DNA of 33,987 nucleotides from Thraustochytrium aureum (Eukaryota): assembly GCA_012862495.1 (NCBI GenBank), contig BLSG01000283.1:18129-52115 (forward strand). The letters are read 5' to 3'. A program made the position numbers and the translations under genes. Of this stretch, positions 25,561 to 33,987 are shown one piece after another; the stretch's first letter is position 1, and every line of letters begins with the position of its first letter. The notes under the pieces were generated by a model, which worked only from the letters and a program-made list of their open reading frames with translations, made no database searches and had not been told where the DNA came from.

Positions 25561-25971
25561 TTCGCGAGCGGCGTCCGAGCCCGGGTGGCCTCCGCGTGCC
25601 TTGGCCAGGAGCCTGGCCCACGCCGCCCTGCGCCGCCAAGTCGGGACTCCTCTGCAGCCCGGACCAGCCTGCCAGCCGCAGCCGCCACGAGCAAGTCACG
25701 CAATCGCAATCACAAGCAGCACCAGGGCAAAATGCAGACCAGCACAGCCCCGCGGCCCGAGCACCTCTTGTTTATGCTCGGCCGCGGCCGGCTCCCCGAA
25801 ACACTGCAAACCGCACGTCACAGTACACCCATCGGACGAGACCCCAATGCCTTTCATTCCCGCACACGCGGCCGCGCAAGTCATACGAGGTCCCCTGTGA
25901 CGAGGCGGACGTCTCCTGTCCCGACGACGTACTGGGGCTGCATCGCGTTCCTCTCGTCACTATACGTCAGT

Positions 25972-26022
25972 CGTGACGTGCGGCCTCGCGCGTAACGCTA
26001 CGTGGACGTGACGTGCGGCCTC
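25972..26022. repeat. 16-bp direct repeat CGTGACGTGCGGCCTC x2 in a divergent intergenic region
   Basis: Exact copies at 25972-25987 and 26007-26022. Confidence 0.85.
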
Positions 26023-26403
26023 CGTCAGTCACAGCTTCGTCTCCTCNNNNNNNNNNNNNNNNNNNNNNNNNNNNNNNNNNNNNNNNNNNNNNNNNNNNNN
26101 NNNNNNNNNNNNNNNNNNNNNNNNNNNNNNNNNNNNNNNNNNNNNNNNNNNNNNNNNNNNNNNNNNNNNNNNNNNNNNNNNNNNNNNNNNNNNNNNNNNN
26201 NNNNNNNNNNNNNNNNNNNNNNNNNNNNNNNNNNNNNNNNNNNNNNNNNNNNNNNNNNNNNNNNNNNNNNNNNNNNNNCGATTGGCTCGTTTCGGTGGCA
26301 GAGCACCAACGGGGGCGCGGCAGAAGAGGTTTGGCGGCGCGGCCGCGGGGGCGGCAGCGGGCGGGTTGATGGATAGCGCGGGAACAGGGGGGGGTAATGG
26401 GAC

Positions 26404-27683
26404 TTGTTCGGTACTGAGCACGCGGCGCGCGGCGCTGTATCGTGCGGCGGCGAGGCGGTCCTGCACGTGGAGAACGGGCTCCCCCGCGAAGTCGCGGTGC
26501 ACGTTGGCGCCAAGGTGCTGGCAGGCGACGCTGCGCGGGGAATGCCGGTCGTGCGCGTCGGGGATCGCATCGAGGTGCGCGCGAATAATGTGGATGAGCT
26601 CTATTATGCGGCCACGGTGACCGCCGTGGACTTTGAACGGTTCTCGTTTTCGGTGCGGTATGATGATGGGACGGATGGGACTGGGCTCAAGCTGGAGGCA
26701 ATGCTGGTCCCGTGCAGACAGGTGACCGTGTTTGAGGACGACGACTTGATCGTCGTCGACGGGCACGTCTGGGTGCTCGGCGCGGTGCGCGAGGCTCGCA
26801 TGCTGGCCTTCAAGTCGAGCCCGCACCTGTACCAGTCCGCGATGGCGCTGGAGCGCGAGCCCGAACTGAGGTTTGACCACAAGTTGATGGTGTTCGAGGT
26901 CGACCAAGCCATACTGCTGGCCGCCCCTCTGCTTCGGCGACTCGCGCCGCGCAGCGAGGAGAGCCCCGTGCGAATCTGCGTTCTGGGCGCCGGCGCAGGC
27001 TGCCTGTGCATGGGGTTCAAGGAGATAGACCCCACCTGCGTGGTGGACACGGTAGACCTCTCTCAGGCAGTGGTCGACCTGCGCAAACCTATTTCGGCGT
27101 CCCCAAAGACCACCCAGACCTGCGGTTCCACATCGAAGACGGCATCGACTATGTTGCACGGCAAGCGGCCGGGTCGTTCGACCTGCTGGTTGTTGACGTG
27201 GCCGACGCGGCTGCGCCGCGCGCGCCGGACGCCGCAAGCCGGTATGTGGACGGCGACCTCGTGGAGGAAGGGGACGACGAGTGCATGGAGCTCCCGCCAC
27301 CCGCTTTCGTGCAGGAAGGGTTTCTTGGCACGCTGGCCCCCGCGTGCGTCGCCGAGGATGGGTGGGTGGTGGTCAACGTTCTCGCTGGGCGCGGCAAGCT
27401 CCTCGAGCTAGTCGATAGCTTCGAGCGCTGGTACGCCGTCGTGTTTGTGCTGTGTACAGATCCCAACTACGTGTTTTTCCTGGGACGACAGCGCCCTGCA
27501 CAGGCCCCCGTCGCGGCCGACATCTACGCGTGGGGCGTGGAGGACGGTCTCGAGGAGGCCTGCAGCGCGGTGTTGGGCGACGTGGCGCTCTCCGACCGGC
27601 ACGCGGCGGGCGGCACGCTGCTTGGGTGGATGAGCTCGTCCGCGTTTCGCGCGATGCTGGAGGACAGCACAGTTTTCGTCTGA
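26404..27683 (+). CDS. Tudor-like domain fused to spermidine-synthase-fold methyltransferase resembling the METTL13 C-terminal domain (start uncertain; possible ATG 26369 with G-run error)
   Basis: Tudor-like VGDRIEVR...YYAATVTAVD...FSVRYDDG; RMLAFKSSPHLYQS; motif I ICVLGAGAG; VDTVDLSQAVVDL(A)QTYFG; LRFHIEDGIDYV; FDLLVVDV; MELPPPAFVQEGFL; GWVVVNVL. One frameshift near 27081. Confidence 0.85.
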
Positions 27684-27734
27684 GGATGAGCTCGTCCGCG
27701 TTTCGCGCGAGGAAGACAGCGCAGTTGTCGTCTG
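27628..27734 (+). repeat. Imperfect tandem duplication (56-bp period) of the methyltransferase 3' end
   Basis: GGATGAGCTCGTCCGCGTTTCGCGCGA at 27628 and 27684, continuing as ggaggacagcacagttttcgtctg versus ggaagacagcgcagttgtcgtctg. Confidence 0.9.
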
Positions 27735-28045
27735 GGGCGGCCCAGAACGCGCGGGCGCCGCCCAGGCCAGCCCAGGAGTAGTAGGGCTCGCGGGCTTCGT
27801 GTAGTTGACGAGCGTGGGTGTATGAGACGCGTTCTTGTTGGTTGGTTGGTTTTTGTGTTGGTGAATGTAACGTTGCAGTTGGGGGTGGGGGAAATGAGGG
27901 AAACTGTCCTGGCCTGGCCTGGTCTGGCCCTTTACAACAAAGGCTGTGGAGCGAGGGGCATAGAGGGGTGAAGGGTGCTGCCATGCTTTGTGTTGGGATG
28001 CGCGGGCTGGGCTAGGCCCGCCACCACGAGGCGTCGGCCGGAGGC

Positions 28046-29388
28046 CTATGCGCCGGCCGCGTCGGTCATATTGACCGACGAGTCGCGCGGCTGTGGCGGA
28101 ATAGAAGGCAGCGCCTGCAGCCGCAGCGCAATACTGTCGAGGCGGTCCGCGATGTTTTTGTTGAACGAGATGAGATCGCCGCGCGCCCGCTTGAACACGA
28201 CCAGCGACAGGTTGGGCGAGGTCGAGACGATCTTGAGCGAGGCCTTGGCGTGCACGTGGCCGCGGCCAAAGTCGAAGACGCTTCGCAGCTTGCTGTCGTT
28301 CTTGTAGCTGCTCTGCTCGATAAAGCCCTCAATCCCTTCGAATTCCGCCTTGATGAGACCCATGATCTCGGCAGCCCCGAGCGGCGTCGCGTACATGTGC
28401 ATCCGGCGTGCGTTCTTCTCTTCGCGGCTCTGCAGCATGCGGTTGATCGCAGTCCCAGAGCACATGTTGATCAGGTCGAACGCGTTGATCTTCTTCGGGA
28501 AGAGAGCGGCCTCCCCAGACGGGGCCGCCTGGCGCCCGGCCTGGCCGTCCGCATCGTTCTCGTCCACGGCCTTGACGACGGCGCTCGGGTCGCTGCTAGT
28601 GCTGCTCGAAGCCTCGCGCCGACGGTCGACCTCCATCGGCGCGGCAGCTGGGGCGCCCCCCGCGCTGCTCGAGCCGGAGCCGTCCATGGCGGCGGACCCG
28701 CCGTGGCCAGTGGACTCGATGTCCTTGAGGTCGGCGTAGGGCCCGTCCTTCTTCCACCAGCTGTGCTGCATGATCTGGCGGATGCTCCAGCGCTTTTTGG
28801 GGTCGACCGTGAGGATCTTGCCCAGGAGATCCTTGACTTCGTCGGTGAACCACGAGGGGTACGAAAAGTCGGCCTTTTGGATCTTGCGGAACAGCGCCGC
28901 CATGGTCGACTCGTCGAACGGCAGGAATCCCGCCAGGAACACGTACAGAATGACGCCGATCGACCAGGTGTCGGCGATCGTGCCGTCGTAGCCCTGGTCG
29001 GCCAAGACCTCGGGCGCGACGTAGTTGGGCGTCCCGCACGTGGTGTGGAGGAGCGACTGCCGGTCCGTCTCCGAGTCTTGCTCGTACAGCGCTGAGAGGC
29101 CAAAGTCGGAGATTTTTAGGTTGCCGTTGTCGTCCAGCAGCAGGTTTTCGGGCTTGAGGTCGCGGTGGCAGACGCCCTGGCGGTGGCAGTACTCGGTGCC
29201 GATGCAAAGCTGTTGAAAGTAGAAGCGCGCGGTTCTCTCTTTGAAGCGCCCTTCGGCGACGATCTTGTCGAAGAGCTCGCCGCCCGTGACGAGCTCGAGG
29301 ACGATGAAGATTTTCGTGCGCGATGCGAGCACTTCCTTCAGCTGCACGACGTGGGGGTGCCGGACGAGCTTCATGATGCTGATCTCCT
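28046..29388 (-). CDS. CBL-interacting protein kinase-like (SnRK3/CIPK) with NAF domain; 5' end lost in gap
   Basis: [78 protein letters not shown], and NAF motif [14 protein letters not shown] (28478-28486) followed by a KA1-like tail (VVFKRARGD). Confidence 0.93.
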
Positions 29389-30107
29389 NNNNNNNNNNNN
29401 NNNNNNNNNNNNNNNNNNNNNNNNNNNNNNNNNNNNNNNNNNNNNNNNNNNNNNNNNNNNNNNNNNNNNNNNNNNNNNNNNNNNNNNNNNNNNNNNNNNN
29501 NNNNNNNNNNNNNNNNNNNNNNNNNNNNNNNNNNNNNNNNNNNNNNNNNNNNNNNNNNNNNNNNNNNNNNNNNNNNNNNNNNNNNNNNNNNNNNNNNNNN
29601 NNNNNNNNNNNNNNNNNNNNNNNNNNNNNNNNNNNNGCTGCTCGCTCGCTCGCGAAAGGGGTCTGCCCCTGCTCCTGCTCCTGCTGCGCTCTGCGCCTCC
29701 TTGCTCCTGCTGTTCTCTGGTCAACGGCGGCTTGGGCGCTGGCCCATAGGACCGCCGGATTGACCGCAAGTGATGGGCCCGCAGCCCTCGCTACGCTTTC
29801 CGCAGCGCCTCTCAGTGCCGAGGGAGAGTTTTACAGAGGAGGCCCGCCGTGCTGCCTCTGGGGGACGCGCCTCCCTGCCGACAAGTTTTGTCAGGGAGGG
29901 GCAAAGTATGAGAGGGGGAGATGCGGGTGGTTCGGTCGTACAGCACACAGTGGCGCTGTGGGGGGCCGAAAGGGAGCTCGCATGCATTAGGGGCGACGTG
30001 TGCGCGGAGCGGAGGTGACCGGCACGGAATCCGCGTGCGCTGTGCAGGTGGACGCGTTTGGGGTGTGGCAGTGTGGCAGAAGGCGAATTGCACAGGTGCG
30101 GAGAGCC

Positions 30108-30692
30108 ATGAGCGGCGAGGATGCTGGGGAAGGCGCGGCCAGCGCGGTGCCGATGAGGAAGCCGCCGTTCTTGCTCGATGTCACCGCGCCATGGATGATG
30201 AGCCCGCTCAAACTCGGCGCGGCTGCGCGGCAGCCACTGGCGGCGGCGGACAACGACAGCGACGCCGGCGGCTCGGGTCGGCTATACGCCGTGCAGACGT
30301 GGTTCATGGTGTCGTACTGGCACTCGCTCGACTTTTCGAGGATGACGGTGCCGGTCATCAAAGAGCTCGAGCACGCGCCGGGCTTGGTCGCATGGACCGT
30401 GGGCAACAAGTTGACGCTGCGCGGCGTCGTTTTCGAGACCTTGACGGTGTGGGAGCGGCCGGAGGATATGGGCGCGTTCTACAGAGGCCCCAGCCACCAA
30501 GCCGGTCGCGCCTCCGCAATCAAGAGTATCCTTCCGGATGACCGCGAGTTTGGAATACGACGAATGTGGCTCACGCGCGCAGACTTGCCCGCCATTGGCG
30601 ACTACTTTGCCACGCGCGCCTTCTTCACCAAGGTGAAGTCCAACTCGTTTGAGCTGGCACCGTCACCGGGGCCCGCTAGCCCGAGCCAGTGA
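30108..30692 (+). CDS. DUF3291/ABM-like dimeric alpha-beta barrel protein
   Basis: ATG 30108 to TGA 30692; VIKELEHAPGLVAWTV...FETLTVWERPEDMGAFYRGPSHQ matches the ABM/DUF3291 pattern (PG..., TLxVWE, H). Confidence 0.65.
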   Translation: MSGEDAGEGAASAVPMRKPPFLLDVTAPWMMSPLKLGAAARQPLAAADNDSDAGGSGRLYAVQTWFMVSYWHSLDFSRMTVPVIKELEHAPGLVAWTVGNKLTLRGVVFETLTVWERPEDMGAFYRGPSHQAGRASAIKSILPDDREFGIRRMWLTRADLPAIGDYFATRAFFTKVKSNSFELAPSPGPASPSQ

Positions 30693-31126
30693 TGCGGTTG
30701 TCGGCAGCGCTCGCGCTGGGTCGCCGCCCAGCGCCACCTCGGAAAGCGTGCCGCCCGGCGGTTGCGCCTCGTGCAGAATTCAGATTGAGATAGATAGATC
30801 CCCCCCGAAGAATCGTAGTCAACGTCCATCCCAGCCGGCCCAGGCGAACGGAGAGTCGTGGCCACCCTTATCCCCCCATTCCTCCAAAGACCGGAGTCAA
30901 AGCCGGCGCGCGCCGCCTGCGACAGCCATCCATCCACAAAGGCAAACTGCTGCCCAACAGCATGCATCCAGGCCGCGCCTCACGAGGCCGGCATGCGGGC
31001 CACCGGGCTTCTCCAGCTCCGAGCTGGCGCCAGGCCCTCATCAACGAGCGACGCCAAAGAAAAAAGCAGAGCTCCAGAACGTGCTCGAACACCGTCGTCT
31101 GCCACCAGAACAACAACACGCCGCGA

Positions 31127-31129
<3 letters not shown>

Positions 31130-31166
<37 letters not shown>
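31130..31166. repeat. (CAG)12 microsatellite
   Basis: Perfect trinucleotide run upstream of the MINDY ATG. Confidence 0.95.
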
Positions 31167-31277
31167 TGCGATAGCGGCGGCAGTGGCTCGTGCCTGGTGG
31201 TCGGGGCACATCGTCGGAGGGCAGAGGAGCGCAAAGGAAACAGGGGCGCGCTTGCGCCGAAGCGCGGGGTCGGCAGG

Positions 31278-32834
31278 ATGGCGGCCGAGCAACTCCAGGC
31301 CATGACGGGCATGTCGGCCGACGAGGCAGAGCAGTACCTCGACATGGCCGGCGGGGACATCGAGTCCGCGGTGGATTTGTACTTTGGGATGATGGGGGAC
31401 AGTGGGGGCGGCGGCGGCGGCGAGAGCGGTCGCGAGGACGGCAGCGGACAAGGTGCGTGGCCTGCCTGGTTTGGAGGCCTCGTGGTCCCGAAAGGGTCCA
31501 GCCTGGGCGCGGCATGGCTCGACGAGGAGATCAAGTTCTCCGAGCACAAGGGCGAGCAAGTCGGTCTTGTGCAGCGCAAGAACGGCCCTTGCGGCGTCCT
31601 GGCTCTGGTGAATGCGGTGCTTGTCGGCTCGCGCCTCGCCCGCCGCGAAAGCCCAACGGCCAAGCCCTTCACGAAGCGAGAAGTGGCAGAAACGCTGGCG
31701 CAGATCATTCTCCGCTCGGTCAAGCACAGCGAAGCAAAGGCCAAGCTGTGCACGTGGAAAGCCGACCGGTACTCTGGCGACGTTGCTGTCGACCAAGTTG
31801 ATCGCCATGCGCTTTGCGACGTCATTGAAGAGAACTACGACGTGTTTACGGGCCCCGGGTCGCTCGTCCTGCTTATCCTGTCGTGCGTCGAGTCGCACGG
31901 CCCGGACGCGGTGCGGTCCGAGATTCTCGCTTCGGGCGGGGAGCCGCCGCTCATCGGCGGGCCCCACGCGCTCTGCACGAGCGAGCTGCTAATGCTAATG
32001 CTCACCGGGGTCGCAAACGGATCGGTAGGGGCCTACTCGCTCATGGGAGGCAAGGCACCCGATGTGGACGTCCTCGGTGGCGTTGGCCTTTTGAGCCACG
32101 CCGAGCTCGAGAGCGGGATCCCTGTTCGCGACCAGCTCAAGTCCCCGAAGGTGCCGGTCTGGATCCTGCACGGGGGCGACCACTTTACGCTCCTCTTCAA
32201 GGAGGATGCCTCTGGCGACGGTGGCGCGCTTCGGCCGCCCGTCGAGCTCTTGCACTTTAATGGCCTGCCGCCGAACGGCCCCCGGCTCGCGCGGCTTCGC
32301 GTCGAGGGCACCGAGGTGTCCGGGGCGGCCCCGGCTGTTCACCGCGAGGCTTACACCAAGCCGGTGCCAGGCGAGATCGAGGATGTCGTCCAAGCGCACC
32401 CCGAGGACCGCGCGGCCTTTGCCGACGACTGGCAGTCGTGGCGCTATGAGTGCATCTTGGCGATCGACGACCCGGGCGTGTCTGGTCCTGCGCGGACGGC
32501 AGACATGCCTGCACCGCAGATCTTTGATCAGGGCGAGGCGGACCCGTCGTCTGAGTGGCGCTGCGCCAGCTGCTACCGTTCTCGGTTCCAGACCATGTGC
32601 TTTGGGCAAAACCCGGCTGGCGCGGAAATCTGCCAGCACTGCTTGAAGCCCCGCGCAGAGGCTGGGTGGACGATCTGGCTGGGCTTTGGTGACCTCCCGG
32701 CGGAGTGGCGCCGCAAGATGGCCCGCAGGCACGCGCCCAAGCTGGTGTCGCTCCTGCAGACCAAGTGGCCCGAGTGCGAGGTCGAGCTGGTCTCGTCGAC
32801 GCGGCCGGCCGAGTCCAAGCTGCCCGCCGTCTAG
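31278..32834 (+). CDS. MINDY-3/4 family deubiquitinase with N-terminal UBA-like domain and C-terminal RanBP2/NZF-like zinc finger
   Basis: UBA-like EQLQAMTGMSADEAEQYLDMAGGDIESAVDLYF; catalytic Cys motif GLVQRKNGPCGVLA; CTSELLMLMLTGVA; LKSPKVPVWILHGGDHFTLLF (catalytic His); HFNGL; WRCASC...N-x6-CQHC. Confidence 0.9.
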   Translation: MAAEQLQAMTGMSADEAEQYLDMAGGDIESAVDLYFGMMGDSGGGGGGESGREDGSGQGAWPAWFGGLVVPKGSSLGAAWLDEEIKFSEHKGEQVGLVQRKNGPCGVLALVNAVLVGSRLARRESPTAKPFTKREVAETLAQIILRSVKHSEAKAKLCTWKADRYSGDVAVDQVDRHALCDVIEENYDVFTGPGSLVLLILSCVESHGPDAVRSEILASGGEPPLIGGPHALCTSELLMLMLTGVANGSVGAYSLMGGKAPDVDVLGGVGLLSHAELESGIPVRDQLKSPKVPVWILHGGDHFTLLFKEDASGDGGALRPPVELLHFNGLPPNGPRLARLRVEGTEVSGAAPAVHREAYTKPVPGEIEDVVQAHPEDRAAFADDWQSWRYECILAIDDPGVSGPARTADMPAPQIFDQGEADPSSEWRCASCYRSRFQTMCFGQNPAGAEICQHCLKPRAEAGWTIWLGFGDLPAEWRRKMARRHAPKLVSLLQTKWPECEVELVSSTRPAESKLPAV

Positions 32835-33060
32835 CTCTAGAGAGAAGAGAGCTCCCTTCTAGTCTACGTAGAGAGCGAGCAATTACAGTTCTTTCGCTGC
32901 TCCTCGTCCCTTTGGCAGTCGTAGACCTCTCACGGTCTGCCAAGGCGGCAGCGAGCGACCCGCCTCGTGGGCGCCGCCGCGGTCGCACAAAGGCAAGATT
33001 CGAAGTGAGCATTTCCGCCTCGCTTCGTGCGGAGGCACGCAGCGCTGCGACGATCTTCAC

Positions 33061-33172
33061 TGCCTTGGCAAAGAGCCCCGCCACAGGCTCTCGTGCGTGG
33101 ACGGCGCAGTGATTGATGTCTTGGCAACGAGCCCCGCCACAGGCTCTCGTGCGTGGACGGCGCAGTGATTGA
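33061..33172 (+). repeat. 56-bp tandem duplication
   Basis: 33061-33116 versus 33117-33172, differing at 2 positions (tgccttggcaaagagcc... versus tgtcttggcaacgagcc...). Confidence 0.95.
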
Positions 33173-33621
33173 GCACCAGGGTGACCATGGCTTCGACCTA
33201 AGTAAGTACTCTGTGAGTTCAGGCGCACTTGTGCTCGTGAACAATCTCACTGTTCACGAACCCAATCTGCTCGGAGCTCCAGAACGTCGGAACGGAATTC
33301 GTTCGGCGCGCCGGGGGCGCCACTCTCGCCGCCTCGCACGTGCCTCTTTAGTAGTACCAAAATCCGCTTGTCCCACGTTATACCCTACGGAGCGCTGCGG
33401 CCGCTCGGAACCTGCACGTCTCATCCAGGGCGAGTCCCTCTCGAGCGGATTCACCTTGGGCCCGCGAGTAGGCTGTCGCGCTGCGCGTCACTCCTCCTTC
33501 CGCTCTCCGAGTGACAGGCTTGGTTGCGATTGTCAATCTCCTTGGTTTTCACGACTCTTGACCGGCGAACCCATCGCTTCAGTAGTGAGGGGCCGTTCCT
33601 CACGCCTCTCATGATCTCTCC

Positions 33622-33683
33622 TCAAGAGTCCCTCCGCGGCGCCCCACGGGGAACCCGCGTGGGGCGCGCGCCGCGGCTCTTGA
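33622..33683. other. GC-rich inverted repeat / stem-loop
   Basis: Nested pairings TCAAGAG/CTCTTGA, CCGCGG/CCGCGG and CGCCCCACG/CGTGGGGCG. Confidence 0.6.
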
Positions 33684-33987
33684 CCCCCGGGACGCCCTCC
33701 AGTTAGAGAGTGGGACGCGGGGAAACGAAGATACTTGAGCAGATCGCTCTGAGGGCGCTCCATTTCCACTCTCATACATTGGTCCCAGGATCTTGTCCTC
33801 CTCACATGCGTGCTGTGAGAGAGAAGGAGCGAAGGGGGAGGAGGAAGGAGCAGCGAATGATGATGATGGTGAAGATGGAGAAGATGGAGAAGGTGAAGGA
33901 GAAGAAGAGCGACGGACGCGAAGCGGATTGGACGCAGACAGACACCGAACGCGACCGAGCAGGCTGCGAAGGAAGCGGAGCCGAGCA

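Noticed and set aside
30858..31277. 140-aa N-terminal extension of the MINDY ORF
   Set aside because: Begins at GTG, is low-complexity and includes the CAG microsatellite; ATG 31278 directly precedes the UBA-like domain and is the more plausible start.
33820..33987. Purine-rich GAT/GAA tract open to the window end (MMMMVKMEKMEK or DDDGEDGEDGEGEGEE)
   Set aside because: Too short and low-complexity to assign a frame or gene without downstream sequence.

Overview
GC-rich, gene-dense eukaryotic genomic scaffold, not prokaryotic. It has short GT-AG spliceosomal introns with CTRAC-like branch points, nine N-gaps, and many single-base frameshifts that look like homopolymer/short-repeat sequencing errors. 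Recognisable genes: a type II P-type ATPase, a PDK1-like kinase (kinase+PH), 3-hydroxyacyl-CoA dehydrogenase, a large Pro-rich EF-hand/CH-domain protein, CFAP73/CCDC42, a mitochondrial-type cyclophilin, a PDZ-ankyrin-phosphatase-like protein, a helical tandem-repeat protein, MFSD5/MOT2, a Tudor + METTL13-C-like methyltransferase, a NAF-domain CIPK-like kinase, a DUF3291/ABM-like protein and a UBA-MINDY-NZF deubiquitinase. Gene content suggests a flagellated unicellular eukaryote, possibly a stramenopile (inference only). I found no CRISPR array, rRNA, tRNA, intact mobile element or functionally linked multi-gene system. The best leads are unusual domain architectures, a tiny Duo1/Dad2-like ORF, and a hairpin-rich degenerate 3' region. 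All family calls come from motif recognition by eye, not database searches.
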